DNA from: Octopus bimaculoides
Lineage: Eukaryota
Assembly: GCF_001194135.2 (NCBI RefSeq)
Contig: NC_068994.1
Span: forward strand, 31,248,739-31,312,738
Direction of reading: 5' to 3'
Length of the DNA: 64,000 nt
Of this stretch, positions 36,523-49,220 are shown one piece after another (the first letter of the stretch is position 1; each line of letters opens with the position of its first letter). A program made the translations under genes and the position numbers. Under the pieces are notes generated by a model. The model made no database searches, was not told the DNA's origin, and was given only the letters and a program-made list of their open reading frames with translations.

Positions 36523-37923
36523 ATGGACTCGCTAGCAGCCGACACCCAGCAAATGCCTTGCCCAACTGCAGACTTATCAGTAACAGCTTCCCAGAAGCCG
36601 TACTCTGGGGTTACTTCCCCTCTAGTATCACCCGATGTTCCAACTTGTTATTCACAGTTACCCCCCTTGCCTGTATTGCCATCTGATGGCACTCCACCGG
36701 ATAACTGCCAAAAATTAAACTCGGGGAACAATTCAACCCGAGTACAAGTGAAAACAGATCCGGGGGAGATGACTAACCCAGAAAGTACATCGACCAAAAA
36801 AAAGTCATCGACAAAAAGCACTGAAAAACCTTTCAGTTGCACCATGTGTGGGCAGCACTTTGCACGTAAAGACACTCTGCAGTGTCATAAGCGGACACAT
36901 ACTGGCGAGAGACCATACTCTTGCGATTCGTGTCCGTTACATTTTGCCCGACGCGATACGCTGCAGTGCCACCGTCGAACTCATAGCGGTGAGCGTAGGT
37001 TCATTTGTGAAGTGTGCCTGCAGAAGTTTGCTCGCAGGGACACACTCCACTGCCACCAGCGGACTCACAGCGGTGACAAGCCATTCAGCTGTGACTTGTG
37101 CATTCAGAAATTCGCCCGACGTGACACCCTGCTCTGTCATAGACGAACACATTCTGGTGAGAAACCGTTCGTGTGTCAGTTTTGCGGGAAAAGGTTTGCA
37201 CGCACAGACAAGCTGCACCGTCACAAGCGTACCCATCTTCGAGGTAATCCCACCACAACACCTGGCTCTCATTATAATCAGAATACAGCATCTAACTTAA
37301 GTGCTGGTAACAACCTGCATTGCAACAACAGCAGCTGCAACAGTAGCAACTGCAGCCTTAGTGCTATGCAAGGTCCTTGCAATGACAACTGCCTAAATTA
37401 CAACAATAGCTCAGGTGCAAATACACCATGTACGAGTGCACTCTGTAATAGCTCAATGGGTTGCACCTACCACTGTAATGGTAGTGGATGCAATCAGGTA
37501 ATTCCTGCAAATGTGCAGTGCAATGTATCAGGGTGCAATGGAATTTCATGTAACAGTAACATTTCCAACAGTGTGCCATGCTGCCCAAACATGATCAACA
37601 CAAGCGGTTCTTGTGGAAACAGCAACATGTGCCTCACTTCCAACAGCCCCCAGTGCCATGACAGAAGTTCTGCCTCTGCCAGCACAGACACTACCACTGC
37701 CTCTTCTGTGGCACCCACCTCTCTTCCTGCTGCTTCAGGTTGTGGTGGTCAGACCGTCGTGCTTTCCCACCATTCATCACAGCCTACAGCTGTAATGACA
37801 ACTTCAGCAGCACCAATGTTCACGACCAACTCCAACAACAACCTCACCAGCACAGGAACACTACAGAAACCTGATCGGTTCCAAGCCAATTCAAGCAACC
37901 AAATATGGCAGATATTCTACTGA
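36523..37923 (+). CDS. C2H2 zinc-finger protein, 466 aa: five tandem fingers (36832-37236) and a Cys/Asn/Ser-rich C-terminal region; CDS in one exon
   Basis: Intact ORF, strong start context (AATATGG), five CX2CX12HX3H fingers with TGERP/SGEKP-type linkers; upstream acceptor ttttcaaAG before 36376 and in-frame upstream stop at 36460. Confidence 0.95.
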   Translation: MDSLAADTQQMPCPTADLSVTASQKPYSGVTSPLVSPDVPTCYSQLPPLPVLPSDGTPPDNCQKLNSGNNSTRVQVKTDPGEMTNPESTSTKKKSSTKSTEKPFSCTMCGQHFARKDTLQCHKRTHTGERPYSCDSCPLHFARRDTLQCHRRTHSGERRFICEVCLQKFARRDTLHCHQRTHSGDKPFSCDLCIQKFARRDTLLCHRRTHSGEKPFVCQFCGKRFARTDKLHRHKRTHLRGNPTTTPGSHYNQNTASNLSAGNNLHCNNSSCNSSNCSLSAMQGPCNDNCLNYNNSSGANTPCTSALCNSSMGCTYHCNGSGCNQVIPANVQCNVSGCNGISCNSNISNSVPCCPNMINTSGSCGNSNMCLTSNSPQCHDRSSASASTDTTTASSVAPTSLPAASGCGGQTVVLSHHSSQPTAVMTTSAAPMFTTNSNNNLTSTGTLQKPDRFQANSSNQIWQIFY

Positions 37924-38283
37924 ATAGAGAACCAATTCAAATGTGGCAACTGAACACTTTCAACCTCATCAGATATCAGATTGGCTATTCTTCACCTATT
38001 ACTTGATGCATCAGATACACTTCCTGTTTTGTTTTCAACTGTTGGAATATGGTTTGTGAGCACTGCATGTTCCAGTGTCTCAAAGGTTTTCAGATACTGG
38101 GGACTGGCAGCAGTGCTACACACCTATTTGCATTTTCTGTTTCTATGCAAATTGGTTCAAAAATCACATGGACACACGTGAATATACACATGAGTGTGTG
38201 TGCGTATGTTTATATATACATATATATATGTCTGTGTGTATATGTATGTATGTATGTGTATGTACATATATATATATATATAT

Positions 38284-38319
<36 letters not shown>

Positions 38320-39196
38320 NNNNNNNNNNNNNNNNNNNNNNNNNNNNNNNNNNNNNNNNNNNNNNNNNNNNNNNNNNNNNNNNNNNNNNNNNNNNNNNNN
38401 NNNNNNNNNNNNNNNNNNNNNNNNNNNNNNNNNNNNNNNNNNNNNNNNNNNNNNNNNNNNNNNNNNNNNNNNNNNNNNNNNNNNNNNNNNNNNNNNNNNN
38501 NNNNNNNNNNNNNNNNNNNNNNNNNNNNNNNNNNNNNNNNNNNNNNNNNNNNNNNNNNNNNNNNNNNNNNNNNNNNNNNNNNNNNNNNNNNNNNNNNNNN
38601 NNNNNNNNNNNNNNNNNNNNNNNNNNNNNNNNNNNNNNNNNNNNNNNNNNNNNNNNNNNNNNNNNNNNNNNNNNNNNNNNNNNNNNNNNNNNNNNNNNNN
38701 NNNNNNNNNNNNNNNNNNNNNNNNNNNNNNNNNNNNNNNNNNNNNNNNNNNNNNNNNNNNNNNNNNNNNNNNNNNNNNNNNNNNNNNNNNNNNNNNNNNN
38801 NNNNNNNNNNNNNNNNNNNNNNNNNNNNNNNNNNNNNNNNNNNNNNNNNNNNNNNNNNNNNNNNNNNNNNNNNNNNNNNNNNNNNNNNNNNNNNNNNNNN
38901 NNNNNNNNNNNNNNNNNNNNNNNNNNNNNNNNNNNNNNNNNNNNNNNNNNNNNNNNNNNNNNNNNNNNNNNNNNNNNNNNNNNNNNNNNNNNNNNNNNNN
39001 NNNNNNNNNNNNNNNNNNNNNNNNNNNNNNNNNNNNNNNNNNNNNNNNNNNNNNNNNNNNNNNNNNNNNNNNNNNNNNNNNNNNNNNNNNNNNNNNNNNN
39101 NNNNNNNNNNNNNNNNNNNNNNNNNNNNNNNNNNNNNNNNNNNNNNNNNNNNNNNNNNNNNNNNNNNNNNNNNNNNNNNNNNNNNNNNNNNNNNNN

Positions 39197-39259
<63 letters not shown>

Positions 39260-39689
39260 ACTCACACACACACACACTCACTCACACATGCGCACACACA
39301 AAAAGATAGGTAGATATATTGGCAAGTAAAATTTTTTACCCTTCCTTTGCCCTATTGTTTTGTCAAACACACAAATATAAGAATCACCACTCACTGCATA
39401 TTGTTCCATCAAACAATGTTATCAAACATCTTCATATGCAGCACAGTGTGCAGTCAGACATTGTTATGAAACTTCAGCCACCCCTGTTCCATCAGGCACC
39501 ATTGTAAACCTTTTCCCCAACCCCCACTACATTTACTGTACTTTCAAACACCATTATATGAGTAAATAAAAAAAAAATAACAAAACAAAATGACTCCTAC
39601 TTGTATCGTCAGACATGCTTTAAGAAGACAAAGAACTCAAGGTATAACTCACAATTACAGTGATAATTTGGTGATGGAATTCTGGATTT

Positions 39690-40020
39690 GTATATATGTA
39701 TAGCCTATATTGTTAAGAAGCTCACTTTGTAAAAACCTGGTTTCAGGTTCAGTTCTACCGTGTGGCACATTGTACAAGTGTCTACTATAGCCCGGGGCCA
39801 ACTAATGCTCTGTGCTTGAATTTGGTTGATAGAAACTGTGAAAACCTGTCATATGTGTGTACCTCTTTGTGTATGTGTTTAATCTCCACCCCTGTCCCCA
39901 TAACTTAGCTGTTCATCAAAGAAACTGATAGAAATAAGTACTGGAGTTGATTTGTTTGATTAAACCTTTCAAGGCAGTTCCCCACCATAGCCACTGTCTG
40001 GTAACAAACAAGTAAAAATA
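39690..40020 (+). mobile_element. SINE family A, diverged
   Basis: ggtttcaggttcagtt...gtggcac...caagtgtctactatagcc...gtagaaactg. Confidence 0.6.
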
Positions 40021-40609
40021 AAATATAATTGAGGTTTCAAATTCTGCCAAAATGGTTTTTGTTTGCTTTTGAGGTCCTTTAACTAAATACTGGTCATATA
40101 CCTGGGTTTTGAGATGAGAACTTTAATCATATATTATGTGATAAAATTAGTGGTAATCACAGAATGGTGTTTTGACTAAAGAAACTTGATCTCATCCAAT
40201 ATGAAATTGATAAAACCAGTACCAATAATATCTTAGGGTTTGAAGTGAAAATTATTTATCATATGTGGTGGTTTGCCGTCTCTACTAAACATACATTTAT
40301 AACTGGCCACTAATGCAGAACTGGCTATTACAACCTCATGGCAATAATAACAGGAACAAGACAAAAAATATATGCCACACAACCATTATAGTAAAGTAGT
40401 GTATGCATGAAAATTGTTTTTCTTAAACATGTTTTGAAATAGCAGCCCTAAGAGAGATGACTATGACTCTAAAGTTTAAGCCTGCTGGCCTTAGCAGGTT
40501 GAGACTCAGATGTTGTAATAGTGTACTCTACAGAAAGTATTGAGTAATCCTTCAATTTAATGTAAAACTGTTATAACTTCACATTACACACACACACACA
40601 TACATATAT

Positions 40610-40940
40610 ATATATGGGTACATAAAAGGCACCATTTGAGCATTGGGCCTCACAGAAGCAATGACAAATAACTGAGACCTTTGGAAATATGCCATGCATG
40701 AGAAGAGAACCCATCAAGCCAAGTGAAATCATAGTCATAGCAGACACTGGTGTCATGCAACTGGCACCCATGCCAGTGGCATATAAAAGCACCCATTACA
40801 CTCTTGGAGTAGTTGGTGTTAGGAAGGGCACCCTGTCATAGAAACCATGCCAAATTAGACTGGAGTCTGGTGCAGCCCCTCATCTTACCAGCCCTGGTCA
40901 AACTGTCCACCCCATGCCAGCATGTTAAATGATGGTGATA
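40610..40940 (+). mobile_element. RTE-type 3' UTR copy
   Basis: ggcatataaaagcaccc...gttaggaagggcac...catgccagcatgttaaatgatg, like 4600-4790. Confidence 0.65.
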
Positions 40941-41454
40941 ATATATATCAAAGTACAGAGAAACAGAACTGTCCAGCCTCTTATTTAGCTACTGGATTCA
41001 TCTAAGCACAGTCCTATCACCATGTCCATAACAGCAGGACAGCAAATATACAGTATTATCACCCTGTTAGTCTTGTCAACTTACAGGTGATGAGAGGATA
41101 TGAGATGAATGGATATGGTATAGTCCAGGAAGCTTGAAGGAGGAGGGGGCAGTTGAGTTAGTAGTGTAGAGACAGCATATCTGTAGGCCAAAGGTTGGAC
41201 TGTTAAACATACATAACATTTCTATATACCATAGACATCATATTAAGACCATAATCAACCTCACACACAAATATGTGAAAATATGTACTAAAAGTTACAT
41301 GTGTGTGATAGTATTTCATGCGATAACAATTAGCTCTGTAAAGTTATCTATTTAGTGTTCTATATCTATCAAAGGCCATTCACATCTTACCTTTTCAAGA
41401 TTTTGAATTAATAGTCAGTATCAGTGAGACACCACACTACAACAGATGTAACTT

Positions 41455-41590
41455 ACTTTTAGTTTAGTGGACTGGAGCAATGTGGAAGAAAATACTCTGC
41501 CCAAGGACACACATGTCACCTGATCTGGGAATTGAACTCACAACCTTATGATTATGAATCCAACAGCCTAACCACCAGACCATGTGTGTT
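41455..41590 (-). mobile_element. SINE family A head fragment
   Basis: ctgcccaaggacac...gggaattgaactcacaacc...aaccaccagacc. Confidence 0.5.
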
Positions 41591-42179
41591 CACTGAAAAG
41601 GTAATCTGTTAAAATTGGTTTTAATTATTTCACTTCATGTACATTGCTATTGTCTTTGACATAGACATGCAGGTACAAACGTATGGTTTCATTTCTCCTC
41701 TCACTATTAAAATTCTTGTGTGTGAAATCAACATTACATATTGTAATAGTGGAATGTTTAGCTATCTCTCCCTTTTAACATCCAGTACAAAAGGGGATAT
41801 CAGTGAATAATAAACTAAATGCCTTCATGTTTGGTTTGATGTTTCATTATTTCATTACTGTGAATTGAAACCTTATGGTCAACTTTTATTGTATTTTACA
41901 GGTTGTTAGATTGATTTAAGTACAAGTAACATACTTGGATTTGGCCACTTGTTTTTATTATCTGCTGGTGGATTAGGCAACAATCCATTCAAATATGATT
42001 TCCAAGCAGAGACCATTTCTCATACAATGATGAGCCACTATTTCTTTGCATTGAGAGGTTATAACTCTGGTAGTACAGATGTGATTAGAATGTCTCAGAA
42101 AATAATCACAGGACAGATTCTTCAAGCCAAGCAGGAAACCTAAAGGTAGACCAAAGGCAAGCTGGTTGGATAATATTTA

Positions 42180-42650
42180 TAGTCTCTACTGGTGATGCTT
42201 GGGAATCCAACCAGAAAGTATAATGACAGTTACTTCTGATAGGATCCTATGAAGGAGATACCTGGGGGGAGGGGGATGAGGACCTTGGGAATAGTGGGCA
42301 GAGAAAATGGTTGGATGGATTTTTTTTTTTCTGTAGGAAAGGGCTGTGCTGAGGATCTCCAAAACCAGTGAGATTGACATGGTTAATGTGCTTGTTGAAT
42401 AACTGCAGGGAATAATATCAGGCAGGGCATTCCAGATAGATAACATTCAATGATGAAAGGATTGTGCAGAGGTCACAATTTAGGTGGTGACAGAAAGAGA
42501 GATAAGTTGGGATTGGCTGAGTGAAGGTGGCCTCAAACCAGAAAGTTCCAAAGAGGAGAGGCCGAGTAGCAGTAAGGAAGGTAGAGTGTGGTGACAACAT
42601 ATCTGTGGACCAGAAGCTGAAGTATGTTGGCAAACAATTTTCTCCATCAG
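42180..42650 (-). mobile_element. L2/CR1-like LINE 3' fragment
   Basis: IWNALPDIIPCSYS motif in ORF 42186-42446 (-). Confidence 0.5.
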
Positions 42651-43067
42651 TTAGACAGCAGGTTTTTTTTTTATATATACACTGCCTAAAATATCTGTTG
42701 ATGTAGAAACAGTACCATTCCAGATATGGGAGTGGTGATCCAACCTAAGGTTTTACATCTGGTGTCAACATATACATTCCTTTTCTTTTTTTTTCTTGGC
42801 TTAACACTTTCAGTTAAAACCAAGATTTCATTTCAAAGAGACAAAACGAATAAATGAAAACTTCATCAACAACACTAAGTGTTTAGATTGATAAGGAAGG
42901 GGTTGAAAACCAAAGATCTCTTGCTAACAGAGAGAAACAAACGTATGCATTTCCACACTCTCTTATAAACAACTTATCCCTTGTCTTTAGCAGCAAACTC
43001 AACCCCATCGGTTTATACCTCAATGGTCTTGGGAATTTGTTATTTCTCTCTCTCTCTCTCTCTCTCC

Positions 43068-43101
<34 letters not shown>

Positions 43102-43309
43102 ATGTATATATATATGTATTAAATTGATATTAATTAATATCCAATTTTTTCCCTATTGTTTTAATTTAATGTATGTATATATATATATATGTATGTATAT
43201 ATATATGTATGTATATATATATGTATGCATATATGTATGTATATATGTATATATATATGTATGTATATATATGTGTATGTATATATATATATATATATAT
43301 AGATAGATA

Positions 43310-43930
43310 TATATAAGGGTACTCAGGCTAAATTTGAGAATTTGCATAAAAGGAACAGAAAACACTATCCCATCCAAAATAAAAGTATTTTAAAAAGGCA
43401 AAAAATATTGACTAGTTTATGGCTGAGAGATAATAGTTTATTCAAAGAAGCCACTCTCAGCTTTCAACACATTCTCAAGATGACTCCTCACTGTGTCTCT
43501 GGGAAGATCTTCGAACATCTTGATCTTGGCTAACAGCACATCCTTGGTGTTGCAGGCAGAGCAGTTGGTATCATTCTCAGCCATGCCCCACAGTTAGTAA
43601 CCCATGAGATCACAAACAAGGGGGTTAAGAGGCCAGAAATTGGGGCTGGTGAAGTTGTAGAATTTCAACAACCACTTCTGACTCTTTGTGCCACACATAT
43701 AGTCTTCCAGCAGTAACCCTCTCCAGCCAGGGCTTGACCACAATCTCCAACAGTTTCACATAACAATCTGAATTAGGTCTAAGACCCTGTTCAAAGATTT
43801 GGGGATGAATTCCAACATGCTGATGCAGTCAGTACAGCTACGTGTCCCTTCCTGCTGGCCACAGCTTTGCAGTCTTCACTACAGCTGTCCAGACTGTGTT
43901 GAAAGAACATTGAGATGCAGTCATGATGTC
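43310..43930 (-). mobile_element. Tc1/maT-type transposase fragment
   Basis: Minus strand gives SQKWL..FYNFTSPNFWP...MGY*LWGMAENDTN, resembling the WPPNSPDLNPxDY region. Confidence 0.6.
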
Positions 43931-44120
43931 AGCATTTTGACACCTGGTGCAAATCAGCAAGATACAGGTAACTTTTTTTTTGTATTCACATGGCTTCCAG
44001 TTCATCTCCACTTTAACTTCAATCTTTATGCTCTCCAATGCCGTTGACCATTCACCAACACATCAAGCTGTTCTTGTAAAAAAGGAGACAAAAAAAATCA
44101 TCAAATTTAGCCCGAACACC

Positions 44121-44154
<34 letters not shown>

Positions 44155-44871
44155 GTATATATGTGTGTGTGTATCAGTGGCATGCATTTACTTCTGAGGT
44201 TGGTCAAGCAATAATTACTTGGCACACATGGCAGAAACGTAACCCAACCCCTCCACCACCCACTTAAAATTTTTTTTTTTTTTTTATGAAAACCCACGTT
44301 TTTGACTATGGAGATTTCCGTTTCTGAAAAAAACAATTGGTAAGTTTCAATTCCCCTCTCCCGCTCCACATTTCATTTCTCACTTTTTTCAGAAATTTTG
44401 TTTTGGGAAATATGTAGAAAAACACGGAGATTATGATTCTGAAAAAAAATTGTTTGTAATATTGCAATTTTTCAGAAAAGAGAGAAAAAAATCACCCCAA
44501 CCCCCTCCCCTCCTGATTCTACAGCCTTCAAGTAGGATATCCACATGCAAGAAATAGCAGCCAAATCACAGGAATTTGTTGGGTGTAAAAACTGCGATAA
44601 AATAATCAAAGAAATATGTAATCAATCTACTCACCTTTGTGCAAAGATTTCTTTCAGAGAAATTTCCCACAGTAAAGTGAAGTATACTGTGACAAAGTTG
44701 TGAAAAAGAGTTTGTTGGAGATTTGACTTATTTCTGAACTCATATTTTTTGTAACTTTCAAGTTTCATTTTGTAGGAAAACAAACACTTTCAGTTGTAAA
44801 AAAAACAAAAAAAAAACAGAAATAACAATGAACACTTCAATTTCACTTTGTCACTGTATACCTCATTTTAC

Positions 44872-45261
44872 AGTGGAGGCGCAATGGCCCAGTGGTTAGG
44901 GCTGCAGACTCGCGGTCATAGGATCGCGGTTTCGATTCTCAGACCGGGCGTTGTGACTGTTTATTGAGCGAAAACACCTAAAAGCTCCACGAGGCTCCTG
45001 CAGGGGATGGTGGTGAACCCTGCTGTACTCGTTCACCACAACTTTCTCTCACTCTTACTTCCTGTTTCTGTTGTGCCTGTAATTCAAAGGGTCAGCCTTG
45101 TCACACTGTGTCACACTGAATATCCCCGAGAACTACGTTAAGGGTACATGTGTCTGTGGAGTGCTCAGCCACTTGCACGTTAATTTCACGAGCAGGCTGT
45201 TCCGTTGATCGGATCAACTGGAACCCTCGACGTCGTAAGCGACGGAGTGCCACCAACAACA
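44872..45261 (+). mobile_element. SINE family C, full length, tRNA-derived, (CAA)n tail, 12-bp TSD
   Basis: A box TGGCCCAGTGG, B-box-like GGTTTCGATTC; ACCTCATTTTAC at 44860-44871 and 45262-45273. Confidence 0.9.
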
Positions 45262-45795
45262 ACCTCATTTTACTGTCACAGTATACCTCATTTTACTGCA
45301 ATCATGAATTGTAAATCAGTTTCAACAAAATGGAAAGATAATTTTAGTAAATTAAGGAAAGATTAATTAGCTATATTATATTTCTGATTTCAGAATGTTT
45401 TTGTTTATTACAGAGAGGATGATTAATGATAGTAATTTCAAAACGACAGAGCAAAATAGATATTCCAAAGTCACAGCAACATTTGAGTTGACTAATTAAG
45501 AATTATGGAATTGTTGATATGTTTTGGTCAGAATTTTTATGGGTCAAAAAGTAAAACCCATTCAACCATTTAGCTTGTCGCATTAGCAACATCCATTACA
45601 AAGAATTGTTGACAAAGAAGAACTGACATAAGGGGAGGGGAAGCCAAAACATGTGTTTTTTCTGAAAGCATGCCTTCTGTAGTTATTTTATCGCGATAAA
45701 GAATCTTACAGGGATTGAAATGATAGTTATTGAAAGATAGGAGGTGGGACAAAATATATATACCCATACACACACACACATACATATATATATAT

Positions 45796-46932
45796 CTTAG
45801 CTGAATAGCCCGTCAGTGCCAGGCAATTTTTACAATTGAATGTCTTATAAATTTTCGTTTATTCCATGTCAAACCATGCCTTCCCTGACAGATAGGCCTC
45901 TTGATCAGGACAAATTTGTGCAATTTTTCACAAAAAAAAAACTTCATGGAGGATTTTTTTTCCTTTTTAAATTATTTACATGTCTGTTCAACCGTTTATT
46001 CATTAAAACTAATTAAAACTTCAGAAGTTCTTACAACTTTGGTCATCGTAGTGCTTTACTTTCGTTTGTTTAATAAAAATTCCTCTTTGTAATGGTTTTG
46101 CTTTCATTTGTGATAGACAGCTATCATGCAGAAAATGTCAGCTTTTAAATCCTATTTTCTGATTAGGTAAAATTGATTAAACTTTAAACCTCAGTAACAT
46201 TTTTCTGGAACAAATAAATAACAAAATCAGATTTAACGGGGGAAATTATTTCAATATACCAAATTTGATAATTTTGACGTAATCTTAAAATTTCACAATA
46301 TGTGACAGCAACAGGGAAGACGCTACAAAAGTAGAGAGACAGAATTATAGGACGTGGCACACATACATTCACATACGTACACTCAGGCAATCACGAGTTT
46401 AAAAAGGTGTATGGTAGACATATATGTATATATATATGTATTTGTGTGTGTGTTTCTTTGCAATGGACAGCAGAAAAGTCACCTACCCCTCTCTCCTTTA
46501 AGCTACGTATTCCTCATACCTACCTTTCTTTCCCTTTGGCATTTTAAAAGTTACTTGTGTGTGTGCATGTATCTATGTATTTACGAAAGCATGCATGCAG
46601 TATTGCGTGTATATGACAGCTGTAGTAACGTTATCAACTCACTGTCACTCCCTATTTGTTGCTTACACGACGCTGTTCTCCCCTTCCCTGATATGAGTTA
46701 CACTCACTACGCTACTACGTTTCCCTCGCCCTAAAACTCTTTGCACCCGTCTCATTTTATCATATAATATCCCAACCCCATCATGGGGCCTATTATAGAT
46801 TTTTATCGAAATCTAATTAGCCTATAATTGAACGGTTAGCTTAACATGTATACAAAGTTTCGTCAAGATTGGTTCACTGGTGTAGGCAGCAAGATGTAAC
46901 AGAAAGACAGAAATTACCATTTATATATAAGA

Positions 46933-46934
<2 letters not shown>
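45796..46934 (+). mobile_element. Non-autonomous Helitron/HINE-like element
   Basis: 5' TAGCTGAATAGCCCGTCAGTGCCAGGCA; 3' aaagtttcgtcaagattggttcactggtgtagg...acagaaagacagaaattaccatttatatataagat into (TA)n. Confidence 0.5.
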
Positions 46935-47004
<70 letters not shown>

Positions 47005-48169
47005 TATATATATATATATAATCATTTAACGTCCACATTGCCAAACACAGGTCAGACGGAATTTGATGAGGCAGATTTTCTACAGACGCCTTTCCTGTTT
47101 CCAAGCAAGGTGATACTTCTCCGTCGCCGGACATATTTTTCACGAAAAACTAGAAACGATTTAATACTAAGTACTTCTTAAATTATTCTGTTACCGAAGC
47201 GGGGTTTGGTGTGTTATGGCGACAAGAACTGAATTGAGAGAGACAGAGAAAATACAGGGGTAACATAAGAAATAATAGTTACGAATAAAGGAGGTAGATT
47301 CAGTAACAAGAAGCATTAACCCAAGAGAGAAAGAATGAACTTAATGCAAGAAATGGACTTAAAGGTGTTGCATGACAAAAGACGAAGATGAAGCGAATAG
47401 GAAAAGAATGAAAATGGTTAATCGAGAAAGAAGATAAAATAAGAACAATGATGATAGGCAAGAATATGTCACACAAACCAAAATGAGAAAACAGGCTAGA
47501 AGAGAAAACATCGTCGAAAAGAATGGATAACATTTCCCAGATGTTGTTCTCCGTGTTAATCAACGGAAACTGGAAAATATTAGATCTTATTTTGATTAAG
47601 TATCATGAAACAAACTCATTAAACTGTTTCTTGTCATTATGAAAGTGAAATAATAATCGAAACGTAATTAATTCAACTCGAATGTGTCAACAAAATCAAA
47701 TTAATTTGTAAATACTGTTTACGTTTTAAATATTTTTGAATTAACTATCACGACAGGTACATATCAATGAAATACTACTCCACCCTGAAGCTATTTCCAG
47801 TTTTCGTGTATCTCGAAGTATTTCAAGCGCTTAAACAAAAGAAATACAGGTGATTATGATTTTATAATTGTTTCGCATTCTGTTAATCAGGTTCTGAAAA
47901 CATTAAATAAATTAATATTGCTTATTGTAGTTTTGCTACTGATACAAGCCATCATGACTCAGAAAACTTTAGTTAAAATTATATTGGCGTGCATGTCCAA
48001 AGTAGTCTTGAAATAAAAATAATTGTTTTAGGGCAGTGCATAGCATTCAAGATAGATATTATATATATTGGAGGTTGCAACCATGATGTAAAAAGAAACA
48101 ATATCTTCTTAAATATAAAGAAACAGTTTTTAAAAATATCATTTGTGGCTCCCGACTACTAAATCACAA

Positions 48170-49220
48170 ATTTGAACTGTATAACATGACAAATATTTAT
48201 GCTCTAAACATGGGTTCGCGGCAAAATTTTCTAAAGGACCATAAAGAAAATTTTGCTGCGAACTCTTCCGTTCGTCTCATCTGTTCCTCAAGCTTTGATA
48301 GGATTAGCAAAGTTGTATTAGATAAGATTCTACCCCAACTCCGTGCTAAATCATATGGAGTGAGGCTATCCAATGGTTTAATTCCCTAAGCCCCAAACAT
48401 ACATTTAAATTCATTCAGGTAGATATAGACTGATATCACTCTAGCGTACCCCTATCCTGTTCAACAAAGATGTCATATTTGCAATGAAACATTCCAACCC
48501 CATTCGAGATTGTTAGCGGCTCCATGATCTCCGAGACCAATTTCCTAATATATCTGGTGGTCTATATTAGGAACGACGCTCTGTTTGCAATCTAGAACTC
48601 TAATAACTGCGAAATTGAATCAGATTTTTTAATAAACGTGGGCCTTACCGTCTCTTACAGTAACAGCATTAAAACAGCTCATTGCTTAGATGTCACTCTA
48701 GATTTACAAAACAACACTTTCTACCCGTACCATAAAACCCGGTGAGAACCTTAACAATGTTGACTTTTCCTCCAATCGCCCCCACCCACCCCTCTACCCT
48801 AAAATCCATCGAGGACAGCGTATCTTAAAGGCTTTCATTCCTGTCCGCCAGTAAGGAAATATTCGAGCAATATGCTGAATCATATTATCACTGCGCCCTG
48901 CAACGCGCCGGATATAAGAATCCGATCGAATATATCTCTATATGGGACGACCTTCCATCTACTAAACCCGGCACTATGGATGCATCTGCCCCTTTAAATA
49001 AAACACAAGTATCTCACATATTTCACCGTCCCCTACCTCCTCCAAATGTTACGTAGTAGAAAACCTAATAGGCACTACTCCCACCCTGTGATCCTGGATC
49101 CCAAATCCACCGCAGCTCATCGAAATGAGCACCAGCGCACACCTCCGTACCCTAAGCTGTACTCGGGTAACCTTCTTAACCGGAATAAACGGAACAGGAC
49201 ACGCGACGTTTTCTAACCAT
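48170..49220 (+). mobile_element. Penelope-like element RT fragment, decayed
   Basis: LKDHKENF..RLI..RISKVVLDKI and LDVTLDLQNNTFYPYHK...SN.P motifs. Confidence 0.75.

Noticed and set aside
37168-37236. Assigning the ZNF to the ZNF148/281/740 family from FARTDKLHRHKR
   Set aside because: Only the last finger resembles that family; fingers 1-4 do not, so no gene symbol is given
44872-44950. tRNA gene
   Set aside because: tRNA-like head continues into a ~310-bp body, (CAA)n tail and TSD, so it is a SINE
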